DNA of 62,836 bases, filler included, from Choristocarpus tenellus KU-1152 (taxonomy: Eukaryota > Protista > Phaeophyceae): assembly GCA_964200185.2 (NCBI GenBank). It is 12 parts of 12 records of this genome, joined end to end, with 100 filler letters (N's around TTAATTAATTAA, not from the genome) between each part and the next. Parts side by side here need not be neighbours in the genome. Positions count along the whole stretch, not along the records: positions 1 to 2,988 come from CAXNAD020023122.1; positions 3,089 to 6,881 come from CAXNAD020017886.1; positions 6,982 to 9,536 come from CAXNAD020026820.1; positions 9,637 to 17,005 come from CAXNAD020006255.1; 8 more parts are not named here. One strand, given 5' to 3'. The notes under the pieces are model-generated. The model made no database searches and was not told the DNA's origin. It was given only the letters and a program-made list of their open reading frames with translations. Positions 1 through 12,860 of the stretch are shown in pieces. The position numbers were made by a program, and so were the translations under genes. Every line of letters begins with the position of its first letter. The stretch's first letter is position 1.

Positions 1-40
1 CTATCAGCTACCCTGGATCTGCTTGCTTGCCACATTCCTC

Positions 41-1285
41 TTATGCCCCCCCCCCAATTGCACCTGTTTCGACAATGTCCACGAAATTTAATGCGAAGCG
101 AACGGCATCTTTCTGCGCATTATAGAGGACTTCCTCACCATCCTTGGGTTTATATTTTGCTCCTGTTCTCGCCAATCGATCTAACTGTGTAACCGAAGCA
201 ATGAAGCTTTGGTACTCCTCTTCGGCCTGTTGAGGGAAAGTTGCAAGGATAGTAACGGGATCAATGTTCGAGATTCAATGCAAGCTCACAATGCCAATAC
301 CTAAACACAGTCACCTCTGAACGATCTATTCTGTCTGTCCAACAACAGCACCACGATGCCAATATCTACCGAGTCCGGAAAGTATCAACGCAATCCAACT
401 CGCAGACGTTTTCAAAAATCATCGTAAATGGTGGTAATGATCCAGTAGCAAGCAGTGCGCGTGGATGTGTCATCACAATCCGCCTGATCTCCTTACCTCC
501 TTGTGCTGCTCCCCTTCAAGATTGGCGATTATATTAGTGCCACTGGACCTCACGTTGCTGAAGGGAGTCTCGCGCATGACTCTCCTCAAGGTCATATAGT
601 CTTCCTCGGCGATGTAAAAGTCGAAAGACTTAAGTGCCTTGATGCCCTCTTCGAAGACCTTGACATTAGCATCAATCTTGCCGTTCACGGTATTAAGAGT
701 CACAGAAAGCAGATTTGGGGTACACAAGATGATACGGGTAGGGACGAAAGCAATAGATAGGAATGCCGATGTTCTGAAACCCACAGTCTGAAGACCCATC
801 ACAGTATCTCACTGAAGTACATCTGCCAACTGCAATCTCACAAGGTGCATCAGCCTGGATGTTGATAAATGATGAGTGTCTGAGAGAGGGCTTCACCCCG
901 TAACTACTTGAGGAAGATTAGACTAAAGTACAAGATGTAATAATCAATCACACATATACCTTTCTCTCACCACTTTTGAACGCTCCTTCGCCATCAACTC
1001 TCCCCTCAAGTCCTCGAATTTCTCATAAGCTGTACCTGGTTCTCGTCTGCCAGCAACAACCATACCCGCCCAGAGGGATGCTGCTCCGCGTCGTAGCACA
1101 TCCGTGCGGGTCATACCCTCTGATTCCATAGTCAACTGTGTTTGCGACCCACTCAGTAGGTGGGATGATCTATGAGGTGACCTAGCATGGAAAACAATCG
1201 TGAAGGCAAGCGCGCTTGGTAACATGGTGGCAAAGGCCATTATCAGCCTAATCGCTGAACGAGACAGAGACATCCTTTTCTTCAT
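41..1285 (-). CDS. Plastid thylakoid-lumen protein, PsbQ-like helical fold (3 exons: 1285-971, 676-497, 226-41)
   Basis: Signal peptide ending SALAF, Ser-rich transit peptide, then an RR-containing (TRTDVLRR) hydrophobic lumenal signal ending GTA-Y. Phase-0 GT-AG introns join ...KERSKV|IDANVK...DYMTLRRVMRETPFSNVRSSG...QHKE|AEEEYQSFIASVTQLDRLAR...GGGA*. The helical pattern resembles PsbQ-like proteins (inference). Confidence 0.6.
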
Positions 1286-1906
1286 CTTATCTCAGTTGCA
1301 GGTCGCCCAGCAGGCCCTAGAGTTAGTTCCTCGACCAACTGGTCTCCTTTAGAGAGGAGGGTGTAGCATGCAATTTTCCAACAACAATGTGCCCACGCAC
1401 AAACCATCACAAAAAAATTATTGTTAACAAAGATTTGCGCACCTCCAACCACGCGTAAACCAATAATCTACAATTTCAAATGAAACAAAACTTCAAACAA
1501 AAATGTTTGTCCCATTCTTACGTAGTGGGTACATCTCTATCCTCTAAAAAGGCATAAAATCAGACATCAAGACAAAAGAAGGCTATAAACAAGGGTGGGG
1601 GGTGGAGGCGCTAAAGGTGAAGGTTGAGGATTGGTTGATGTTGTGGTTGTGGCTTTGAATTTGTGGCGACGTGGGTGTTGAGTTGTCTCATAATATATCT
1701 ACTACATAGCATGCACCGTGTACCATTCTAACCTACTCCACTGACTAAATATAGTATGTGCTCTAAGAAGGTATAGGTACGTCCGTGTAGTATTAATCAA
1801 AATCTTAAATATTTGTGTTGACATGTAATCAATTTTGAGTTGGTGTACAGGTTAGATGTTTGTTTCTGAAATCAGGCTTCTACATAGTGGTACTATTATT
1901 TGTAAC

Positions 1907-2060
1907 AATTTTGTCCAAGGTTAGGGTTAGAAGTTCAGGTCAGGGTTAGAGTTATACTGCCACTAGTTTTGTTAGGGTAGAGTTGTGCTCCCTATGTTTT
2001 GGAAATACCATCCTTAACTCTTATCAATAACTCTGACCCTTACCCTAACTTCGACAAATT
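1907..2060. repeat. Imperfect inverted repeat containing TTAGGG-like units (MITE-like)
   Basis: aattttgtccaaggttagggttag at 1907 pairs with cccttaccctaacttcgacaaatt ending at 2060. Confidence 0.4.
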
Positions 2061-2988
2061 CGTTTTTGAAAATTCCCCCCAAAAAATGTGTGAACTGTTG
2101 CAGGAGCAATCTACAACTACAAGAAGAGTGGAACTTCCAAGTATATGTTTTGAGCAGGAATCTTATGTACTACTGTAGATGATAGATGCAGAGGTGATCC
2201 ATTTATCATTATTTCTTGAAGTAGTCACATCGATAGTGTATCACATATAATCTCTTCAACTCAAATCACTATTAAGCAGGTGCTACATGCGCAGACAGGC
2301 ATACCCAGAGGATAACATTCACGTGCACCACTACCCCCATTTCCTCTTTAGTTGAGAAGTCAATTGGTGTGTTTTGCAACACATAGATAGGTCATACCAC
2401 AGTATACACAGGATCTCCAGTCCTTCTGGCCTCCAACCCCATCCCCCTTCCCCATCTTCCCTATATGCATTGCCAAATATATTATATTATCTGGAGTGTT
2501 TTGTGTATGCTCCAGAGTATTTACGACTATTTCCCTTGTCAACTGGATATCTGGTCGTTGGCAACAACAATTTATGACTCCCAAAACTGTGCTCTCGATC
2601 CTTGCTGTAACCTTGCTGTGGTAGGCTCATAGATAAGTGCGAACCAAGGTCCCCTCAAAGCTCATTATTACTAGAGTTGGACGAGACCACGATATTATTT
2701 TATTTTCCATTACTATATGCTATATCTTTGGCACTGAGCTTTTCCTGATTAACCTCCGATGTCATTGAAAAATGACTCAAAACTTACTATATAACTCATA
2801 GGAGCCCAAGGGTTGGGTGGAGCGTGTGTGTGTGTCTGGTCTCGAAGGTTATGTGTCAAGACTACCATTCCGCACACGATGCTGTTCACCCAATTGCACA
2901 TACTGCCATGCTCGACTTGACCATGGGTCATAGTATCTGGGGGGGGTGGTGGTGGTTTATGAGGGGGCATCCGTTTCGGTCAAACAAC

Positions 2989-3088
2989 NNNNNNNNNNNN
3001 NNNNNNNNNNNNNNNNNNNNNNNNNNNNNNNNTTAATTAATTAANNNNNNNNNNNNNNNNNNNNNNNNNNNNNNNNNNNNNNNNNNNN
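2989..3088. other. Artificial contig linker (also at 6882, 9537, 17006, 20065, 25155, 27820, 32073, 40080, 48410 and 56443; each 100 nt)
   Basis: Identical N44-TTAATTAATTAA-N44 blocks; the 12-mer gives stop codons in all six frames. Confidence 0.98.
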
Positions 3089-3270
3089 CTCGGCAAGCAA
3101 GTGGAATGCTTCCTGGATGAGCTGGCTACTCACATGGTAGGAGGGAGAGGAGCGCGAGGATATGGCAGAAAAGGAGTAGTTAAATCCATGCTACGCCAAA
3201 TTGTTTCGGTGACTACTCAAGTGGCAAGTGGCATTGTCTCGACGTGTCATTCGTTTCAAACTAGAGTCAC
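3089..3270 (+). mobile_element. Degenerate 3' end of a non-LTR retrotransposon (restriction-like endonuclease type)
   Basis: GKQVECFLDELATHMVGG...KGVVKSMLRQIVSVTTQVA, then SRRVIRFKL after a frameshift. Resembles the C-terminus of RLE-type LINE ORFs. Confidence 0.45.
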
Positions 3271-3989
3271 CAGGGAGATCGGCACGGAGGGGACTGTTGG
3301 ATTCTTGGGATGCTCCCCTAGCTCCCCCCCTCGAGGCACAGGAGTAGGTAGATGGGAAGCAAAGGAAGACAGTAGTACAATATTTTATAATATGTGTGAA
3401 GTAACTAAGTAGTGGTTTCCACACTTACAATGTTTTACAGTGTTCTTACGTTTAGTATATTTTATTTCTTTAGGGCTAATAACGACACACATACAGTTTT
3501 CATTGGTTTACCCCCTGAGACATCTGCAAAATGTCAGAGGTCATAATAGTAATATAATATTATTAATAATTATATCTAAAATATTGTGTAGAAGAAAATA
3601 CTAGGTAACCATTAGTCGCCATAGTCCCTACATTCAAATTTGTCGTGTTACTTTAACAAAGGGTATATGATATTGAATTGACTTTTATCTTATATATGTG
3701 AAAAATGTTGTTGGATGTAATAATAGTATGTTAATAATTCGAATTCTAGAATCAAATCCTGAAAAATATAATATGTTTAGGAATTACTCTACAGCGCGCA
3801 GTTATAGTGGGAGTGGACGACGCGCGGTAAAATTTCACATAATCCCCACTGGCTCTTTGCCTTGAACAAAGATCTTAGTATGACGTCTACCATCATCATC
3901 TCTTTTTTCCTCAACAAAACCAACACCTAGATCCTCGCACTTATCAGATATATAACATTGATAGGTAGAACTTCCTGACCGAGATAGCC

Positions 3990-5391
3990 ATGAAGACTGC
4001 CTTTGTTGCGTCTGCTCTTGCCATGGCCGGTTGTGCCGATGCTTTTGTGTCGCCAACAACGCCGAGGGTGTCCCTTAGTCAGACCAAGACTTCCAGGTCG
4101 GCAGCCGTGAAGGCTGCACCGACAATGGAGTTTGCAGGTGGCCTCATGGGCAACAAGGGACCTGAACCGAACTCTATTGACTTTGATCCCCTTGGATTCT
4201 CTACTGCCAAGCCCGAAAATGTCCTATTCTACCGCGAAGCCGAGATTAAGGTGTGCCTTTTAGACAAAGTAAATGTATCTGCTTTCCTTGTGCTCGTACT
4301 TCCTTTCTTGCAAGCTGACTCGCCTCGATTGCTTCCGCCACCGATATTGTTCTGTAAAGTCTTGGATGTCTAAGTTGAGGTTTCTAGCTACAACATGTGC
4401 ATTTGAGTTTGTAGATTTCACGTATTGTTTCGCAGTACTCTAGTACCAAGAGACATGGTAGGTGTAGGTGTCTCGAAATGTCAAGGACAAAAAAAGTAGA
4501 ATGTGTGTAAGCTTTCTTCATGAGATTCGCTGGCATGGTAAATTTTTTATACTAGGTTATTTCTGTTGATTTTTTCTGTTGATAATGCATTATGCTCGAA
4601 GCAGGACTTTTCCTGTCGTAATTCTGAAAACATAACGTACCTATGATATACCTCACAACTTGTTCACTTCAATTTCTACGACATGTTACAGCACGGCCGC
4701 ATGGCTATGCTTGGTATCTGCGGTCTTATTGCACCGGAGTTCTACCGCATCCCTGGCGAGATATTCCAGGACGTGTCTGTGCTCGACGCGCACAACGCCA
4801 TGGTAAATGTACACACTACGGCAAAGTTTTTAGGATGTGAAACAAGCTAACCGCTGTACAGCGTGGATATGTGGACAGTGTCAATGCGGTATCGCGATAT
4901 ACGATGTCTGTTTAGGGTATTAAATGCTCAAATTTGGTGTGTGGTGTGTCTCGAACACTCGAAATGTGATTGTTTCAGGTTGAGAAGGGACCAATGTGGC
5001 AGCTGCTATTCTGGATCTCGCTTTGGGAAACCCTCACTGCGTCAACTGTGATTGACATGGACAAGAAGGAACGTGAACCTGGAAACTTTTCCCTTGACCC
5101 ACTCAACTTGTGCAAGGTATGGTAAAAAAAGCTACCTATAACTTACGTGTGATCTTGAGGAAAGAATCTGCTAAATGTTGAGTACAAATATTCAATGACT
5201 AGAAGGTGTTTTCAAATAGTTTCGATTTTCCTATGACCGATACATTTCTGGTGTTGATATTGCAGACCCCGGAGAAGTATGAGAGGTATCGCCTTGCAGA
5301 GCTCAAGCACGGGCGGTTGGCGATGTTCGGCTTCTCTGGTGCCATTACCCAGATGGCAATGACTGGCCACGGCTTCCCCTTCTACGCTTAA
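3990..5391 (+). CDS. Lhcr: Light-harvesting complex protein, Lhcr/PSI-antenna type (4 exons: 3990-4250, 4692-4802, 4979-5116, 5266-5391; 211 aa)
   Basis: Signal peptide ending ADAF; FDPLGF; EAEIK|HGRMAMLG; VEKGPMWQLLFWISLWE; PGNFSLDPL; ELKHGRLAMFGFSGAITQ. All introns are phase-0 GT-AG. Confidence 0.93.
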
Positions 5392-7110
5392 GCTACATGG
5401 ATCGATAGTCAAGCAGTTAGTGCTCGTCAAGGCCAGAAGCTCTCCTCTCATTGTGTGCTGGTCGTAGTAACATTTTACCAGGCTGCCTCTGTTCTGTGAT
5501 GCCACAGTGAGTACTGGATTTTTGTTGAAAAGCAGAGGCGTATTGATTGCCCCACCTGGTCCAATCTTGTTGGAATGAATCAACATGTACATGGACCCAT
5601 CCATTAATGGGACAAGAGTAGAAGCACTGTTCAATGTTGGATTTGGGATACAGGATATGAATGATGAACTCCGGGGGGTGGAGTGGTGGTTGGGTGTTAA
5701 TTTAAGGCATTGATCAAGATCGGTTGCAAACAGTAGTTGACATCCCCTGTTAAATAGGCCAATTAGAGGAGATAAGGTAGTGTGTACAAGGCGAAATACT
5801 CGCGCCAATGGTGTTTTTTCTCCCAGGCTGTTGCCTATTTCTGTATTGAATATATGGTGGTGTTGCAGCTTGGGCTTATGATATGATCTGGAGTTTAAGG
5901 AAGATTTGTTGCATACAGAAAGGGAGTTGGATAATATAGTGGAGTTTAGCCAGGACTCCACCAGACAAATTGTTTCTTAATCATTTTCGGGCAATATACA
6001 CAAAAAGATGTTCCAATTTGTACAATCCTGCAAATGCAATCATGCTCCCCTCCATATATAATGAACGGATTTTTTTGGGGCACTCATTTTGCTATTAAAA
6101 AAAACTTTATTCTGAACAGTGATGGTGTGTGTATAAGGAGCTGGAAGGGGTAGGTGGTACTTACCTTCTGATTAGTACCTTTGCATATGGAAACCCTGTC
6201 ATACTAATGGCAATGTGCACTCTTATACTTGTTTTTTGAGGTGCCGTGATACATTTAAAAGAAGTCTTAATTAATAGTAGGGCCTTCGACACTGTACAAC
6301 TGGACTCGGTTGAATCCTAGGTAATGTCAGAATGAAGTTTCATAATGCACTTTTGAATAGACCTGATTTACAGTAGGTCAGAGAAGAAGCTGATGTGGTC
6401 AACAGTTGCTTGATAGGCGACTGTAGTGAAATTCACCTTACCTGTGTAGTGGATGGCATTAGTTTTGGGTGCCCTCTTCCATCAAACATTTGTCATGTCA
6501 GTGGAACCCAACAAGCAGCAGGAGATCCAACAGCTTTACACATACGCATTCAATACTGCCACATTTGAGGGGGCTTTGAATCGCTCAGCCCTTTACAGGT
6601 AGCTCTTCTATGCACCAGCTGAGACTAATGGTCAGGAATGCTCACCCTCAGCTGGATTAATATACCAGGGCAGCTGTTACACTGTGCAAGGTGTCATGCA
6701 CAGTGGTATATGGCAGTCGATATCTCCCCCAATAAGTTGCAGGTTCATGTTAATGTTATCGTTGAGAAGTTCTCAATCCGAAAATGTAGGTGGGGTGCTC
6801 AACCAACAGCCGATTTCAAAAATTGAGGATGGGCTTGACCCCAAATTGACTGGGATAAATCACTTTATCCCAGTCAATTTGNNNNNNNNNNNNNNNNNNN
6901 NNNNNNNNNNNNNNNNNNNNNNNNNTTAATTAATTAANNNNNNNNNNNNNNNNNNNNNNNNNNNNNNNNNNNNNNNNNNNNATGGTGTGACATTCACTAC
7001 CCCCTTTCTCTCATCCTTTGTGCTCTGTGGTTTGCTCTTGTCATCACCTGTGGTTGGTCAATGGATGCTCATGTGGGTATGAAATGTGTTTATTTATTGG
7101 CATGCATCAG

Positions 7111-9297
7111 CTCAGTGAAGGAGGTCAAGCCCCTTGGGTGCCTGGCCATGATTGATGACGGAGAGCTGGACTGGAAGGTGTATCTCTTTTTGTCTTTTTT
7201 TCTGGTGAAATGTAGGATGGATAGTAGTGATGATAAAAAGCAGACACTTTTCCTCAACAAAAGAAAAAAGAACAGAGGTCTCATGGGTTGGTTCTGTTCC
7301 TCTTCAGGAACAGACAAACATCCAGTTGTTCCCAGGTTATTTACTTACTACTTTTCTGTTGGAAGCAAAACAAGAGCCTTTTTCGTGACCCTGAGAACAG
7401 ATGTCTTGGTGTATAACAGCTTGCCCCCGCTTGTGATTACATTTTTTAAAGAAAGGTTCGTAAGGTTCATTGAGAGTGTATAGTTTTTTTTTATGGTTCA
7501 TTGTACTCCTTTATAGGGGGAGGGGAGGGGCTCTGGCTGGATTTGCTCTGTGTGCACATTAGTTGTACGAGAGTGTAGTCTGATTATTCTTTTTTTGCGT
7601 GGGTTTGTTAGGGTTAGGGTTGTGTTGTTCTTTTCTCTTTGTATGCACAAGTGAGTGAGGTATTGCGTATGACAACATCTATTGATTTGTTTTTTATTTT
7701 ATTTTGATGGTGAGTATGACTGTTGCTTTATTGACCCCCCCCCCCCCTTCACATTAAAAGAAATATTTGCTTTGGTCTCCACTTTTTTTGCTGCTATTTT
7801 ATGTGTTCAAGTTTTAAGGTACTAAAGTATGGATCGTAGTTGCAATTACCTGATTTTTTTTGTACAATGTAAGAAGAGTTTAAAAAAAAAGAAGGTAATC
7901 TGTGATTGTTTATTTTCTTCTTTGTATTGTTGAGTCGAGTCCCAATTTGTATCCCTTTAGAATAATAATAATAATAATAAGTTGTTGTAATATTACCGTG
8001 TGACCAGGTGATTGCTATCGATGTGGAGGATCCCCTTGCCTCTGAGCTTAACGATGTTGGGGACCTAGACAGCGTTTTGCCTGGTACCATCTCGGGTATC
8101 AGAGAGTGGTTCCGGTGGTACAAGACCCCTGATGACAAACCTCTGAATGGGTTTGGGTTTGATGAGCGCTGCCTTGGAAAGGTGATGCGTGTGTGGTTTT
8201 GTATTGGGTGGGGGGTCGAGGTAGTATAATAGGGTTGCAAGTTGGTTTTGGGTTTTTTTGAGTGGTTGGGAGGGGGGGGGGGGGGTGTTGATTTGAGTCT
8301 TGCTTGGTGAAGTTAAAGATTCAATGGGTTTATTGTTTTTATTTGTTGTGGTGGTGGAGAGGTGTTTTTGCGTATTTTTATGGGATGTGGTGTGTGTGAT
8401 GTGTTGTTTGTTTGTGGGTTTGTTTGGTGCAGAAGGCGTTTGTAGAGATTTGCTGTGGTTGGATTAAATTCTCTCTTTTATTTTGTAAATTTTTTTTTTA
8501 TTGTGTGGAGTGCCAATGCCCTCTGCTCTTGGATGTACTATAGTGAGGAAAATAATACTTAATAGGCCCAAATGGCTCTGTGGCGGTGTTTGTGTACTAC
8601 GAAGTGTTTATTTTTTGTGAACCGAGTGAATTGCAATTGTGAATCAAATCGTAAACTTCTGATTGGTTGTTGTCTCGTGTGTGTGTGTGTGTGTGCAGCT
8701 AGTTCACTTGGCCCAGTGGTACTTGACTATTTGGTTGCAATTGAGTGTGTTGTTTCCATTCACAATTAAGTGTTTTGTTTCACAAATAGTGTTAAGTATG
8801 TTTGGTGTTGTAGCAATTCCATGAATAGAGCTGAGTGTGAGAAGGCGGTGGTGACATTCATTGCACCACTTTCTTTTTTTTAAAGGAAATTTAGTTTGGA
8901 TCTCTCTATGTCGGCGTGATCTTTGTTTGGGTTAGGGTTAGAGTTGAAGGTGTTGATTGATATTCTTTGTTAATTGCACAGGAATGGAGCTTGAGAGGGG
9001 TCTTAGTCGTGGACAATGTTTTACGATATTGGAGGGGTAGAAAAGAGGTATAGTTGCAGTGTACTTTGTGTGGGGAGAGTGTCTGAGGCTGGTTCAAGCA
9101 TACAGATAATTAATGCTACCCTTCTCTTCTTTCTCACCCCCCCGTCCCCATTCCCCCGTCCCCCATCCTCTCCAATGTTGTGCTTTTGTGGTGGCACATA
9201 GGCTGAGACCATCTCAGTCATCGAAGAGTGCAATGTACACTGGAAGAGTCTGGTAGAGGGTAAGACAGATGCTGGCAAGATGTGGTTTAAGAAGTGA
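7111..9297 (+). CDS. ppa: Soluble inorganic pyrophosphatase (family I), 3' exons 7111-7177, 8008-8181, 9202-9297; 5' part off-contig
   Basis: VKPLGCLAMIDDGELDWK|VIAID...IREWFRWYKTPDDKPLN...|AETISVIEECNVHWKSLV...* contains the family I DxGExDxK motif. Confidence 0.92.
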
Positions 9298-9455
9298 CAC
9301 ACTGCTGTCAACGTGTTAGATGGCTAGGTGTTTTGAGAACTGCTTTATGGGGTATGGTTTGTGTACTTGCTTGAATGCCGAGGCTGGCTATCACCTCCCT
9401 GGGCAACTTATTCTACTGCTTCTGGGAACAGACTCACTGCCCAAATGGAGCTGCA

Positions 9456-9488
<33 letters not shown>

Positions 9489-9636
9489 CCCCTCCTTGGG
9501 GGGGAAAAGAGGGGGGGGGGCTGCTCCGCCCCGGGGNNNNNNNNNNNNNNNNNNNNNNNNNNNNNNNNNNNNNNNNNNNNTTAATTAATTAANNNNNNNN
9601 NNNNNNNNNNNNNNNNNNNNNNNNNNNNNNNNNNNN

Positions 9637-12576
9637 GTGCTGGGCCAGTCTCCACCATGTGCACAAGACGCTCTGTCACACCCTCCTCTACAATGGCTGC
9701 CAGTGGAGTATCATCATAGGAGAGTGCGAGCAGCGCACGAAGGAGGCAAGGCAGGGCATCTTCTGCCCCACCAAAAGCTGGGCCCCAACCCCCACAACCG
9801 ACAAAATCTCCCGCAGCAGTACAGCTTCCGTTCATACTTACATGATAATTCCCACCCTCTTCATCATCGCTTTCGTCATCCGAGTCTGGTGGCTGATCAT
9901 GTTCAGAGGAGAAGACGGGGACATGTCCACACTTGTGTTAGTATTAATAGTACTAATGTTAGTGCTGGAGTTGGTTGGGGTGATCTCAAGGCTTGGAGGG
10001 GATATGGGAGGAGGGGCGTTGACAACTAGACATACTGAATGCAGATCATGCATAGTGGAGTCGAGGAGCACATAGAGCTGGGGGTGGAAAGGATAGTAAA
10101 GTGCACAAGCCTTCTGAGAGAGCAGGGCTGTAATAGGGCAGGGATTGAGAACTAAAAAAAAAAGGGCGGCACCCACCACTTTTAATCGTGTCATGAATGC
10201 ATTGCACTCCCTAGATATTCTTTTTATTCATCTCTCTATTAAGCAATTTGAAATTTTCAAGTAGCTCACCTCCTCCCGTGCTCGAAGGGCGAGCAGGACT
10301 GGCAGTGCTGCCAGAAACTCTGAGCGGAGTGAATCTGGGTCCTCTGCTGCCCAGGCTCCAATTGCGCGAGCACAGTGAAGCCCAAGACGCTGTAGGGCCC
10401 ATATATCAGCCCCAAATATCTCAGGGGTACCCATGGGACGACAGTTTAGGATCCATGGTCGGATCTCTGATAAAAATTCCAGCACTGATCCGAAGAGACC
10501 ACTGAGGGTCTGGGGGTGGGCAAGCAGAGTTTGGTGAGATTGGTGGCAAGAAAGTATTTTATCAAGAAACAGTATTTATGTCGAATGCATCAAGGAATAG
10601 GTTGTGAGCAAGGAGGATCAAGAGATGGAAAGGAAGTATTAACGAAGGTAGATTCTAGATAGTGACCATGCCAACAGTATCACACTACTCTCATGAGGTC
10701 TGTGTGGATGTGTGTTAGAGGAACTTGCCTGCTGGAGGTCTTGCAGGGCCTGTACCGGCAAGGTGTCCCATTGTCCAGACAAGTCACTATTCTCCTTCAC
10801 CTCTCCATCCTCATCATCTCCACTCCCACACAGGAACACTATTGCGGACTCGACTGCCCCTAATGCCACAGGCACCATGCGAAGCAGCCTAGCCACCCTT
10901 CTTTCTTTGACACTGTGTTTCTCCTCTGCTGATTGAGGTGGTCTCGGGAGATCTTCATCAACATCATGTCTCTCTTCTTCTTTTGCTTCCTCTCCCCCTT
11001 CCTGCTCTGATCCTCCTCCATTCATGGGATTCATGGGTCCCTGAGCCTTCTCTACAAGTTCTTCAGCTTCCCCCTCAGAGGGTAGCAGGAGGGACAAGCT
11101 TTCATCAAGCAGGATGCGGACCTCACCCCCAGCTCCCCGCATTGCAAATGACACAAAAGTTCCCCTCTTCCTTCCAACGCCTGTCTCGAACTTCGTTGCT
11201 GCCATTCCTGGGCCTTTCCCTTCACCTGCAGCCCACTTTCTCTCCTTTACAATCTCCTCCTCGACAGCCCATTCCTGCCCCAGTACACGCAGCATGACAG
11301 CAAAAAGTGTCATTGCTAGATCCCGGTGATTGTCTCCTGCTGCCCCATGGAAAGCCTGAACCAGTCCTTCACGCACAGCACTCGGGAAAGCTCCATGCTT
11401 CAACCATGCAAGCTCCTCATCTTTCAGAGGGAGGTTGCTGGCTCCACTTTGAATTATTTTGTTGGATCTTCTCCCATAAGATGTTGCGGATGTTGTGCTG
11501 GTGTCCTGATATGAGAACCAGCGCAGGAGAATCTCCATGAAGTCAAACTTCCTCGATGAGGGGTCGTCGCGGAATGTCTCTGCGAGTGCTAACAGCTCAA
11601 GTGTTCCCAGGCACTGACCCTCTGTGGCTACTATAGCACTGTTAAGGAAGATAAAGCCTAGTTGCTCTGCTTGGTGTCCGATGCCCCCCTCCTTACCTAT
11701 CCCCTCGACTCTGTTGGTCTTTTCTTGCCCCACTCTCCCCTGCTCCCCTGAGTCTATCCCTATTGATTCTTGCTGCCTTGCTACCCCTTTCACTCTGCAG
11801 CTACTCCTATTTACAAGGTAGGAAGAAACAGCTGCAGCAACCCCCGCTCGGAGCAAGCGTGACATGCCCTCTGGGAGAGCAGAGAGAGCTTGTACACATG
11901 TTACGGCATCAAGGAGTGAGTCCATTTCCTGAACACTGGCACGTCGCAAGGCCCGCACAAGTGCTGGTGCAAAGGGGACAAGATCCGGCGCCTGAAAATC
12001 AGCAGGGAAAGTAGGATGAGGCTCACTTCTGTTGGCGCCCAAGCTTGTATGGAGAAAGAAAGAAGTGACTTCGAAGGTCTAACATCTCTTCATTATGTAT
12101 TATGGGTTATGTGTGGGTTTTGTCGCGATTGGATGGGAGGTTGGGAAGGATCATAGCGAGAGCCATGGAAAAGGTTAGGAAAAAACCATAGATGCCGTAC
12201 ATGTTTCGGTGATCAAAGAACCTACCAGGGTTTTGTCTACGCAAAAGGCACCCAGCACTCCAAGCGCGACTTGTTGATATAACGAGAGGCCATCCCTCCC
12301 TTCTCGGGTTTCCTCCGTCCTCAGCAGACGGTGAAGGAAGGAAACACCAACAGAATTGAAGATGCGACGAAGGGTAACCGCCGTGGTCGCGTCGGCGCTG
12401 TCTCCTCGCAGATGTACGTGTTTCGTCACCATAACCAGTCCAGCAAACTTATGCTCGTCAGAGTCACCTTGCAACAGCTTCAGGCAGTGCTGGAGGGCCA
12501 ACTCCTGCGATCGTACGTCCTTCGCTGGGGAAGGGATGCTGCCTGCATCCTCGTGGGCAGTATCTTTACCCATCAT
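9637..12576 (-). CDS. NCDN: Neurochondrin-family ARM-repeat protein (exons 12576-12226, 11991-10729, 10509-10270, 9931-<9637; 3' end off-contig)
   Basis: N-terminal LQHCLKLLQGDSDEHKFAGLVMVTK and SVGVSFLHRLLRT; C-terminal ARAIGAWAAEDPDSL and DALPCLLRAL match neurochondrin conserved blocks. Intron 2 uses a GC donor. Confidence 0.85.
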
Positions 12577-12860
12577 TGGTAATCGACCACCCACACACTA
12601 ATTCTACGGTATTTGGGTGCAATCAATCCGGAGTTGCACGAGATAATTGGCATATTTTGTCAGGATTTTAGAGAGTTCCTCGCGCAATCTTGTCAAGTTA
12701 ACTGACGAGGAAGGGGAATTGTAGATAAGTAGATGCTCTTGTGAGTGTTCACCCTCGACTTCCTCGTTGCGTGGTGGCCGAGAAGGCGTATCTCTGATAG
12801 GTTTCTCCGGCTTGCTAATCCAGTTTTGTCAATTGCTAAAATTGTAAATCGATCAATACG
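12577..12860. promoter_or_regulatory. Short divergent (putative bidirectional) promoter region
   Basis: Only 284 nt separate the start codons of the oppositely oriented neurochondrin and dynamin genes on the same contig. Confidence 0.55.

Noticed and set aside
5212-5961. 249-aa minus-strand ORF
   Set aside because: Non-ATG start, antisense to the Lhcr last exon and 3' region, no recognisable motif.
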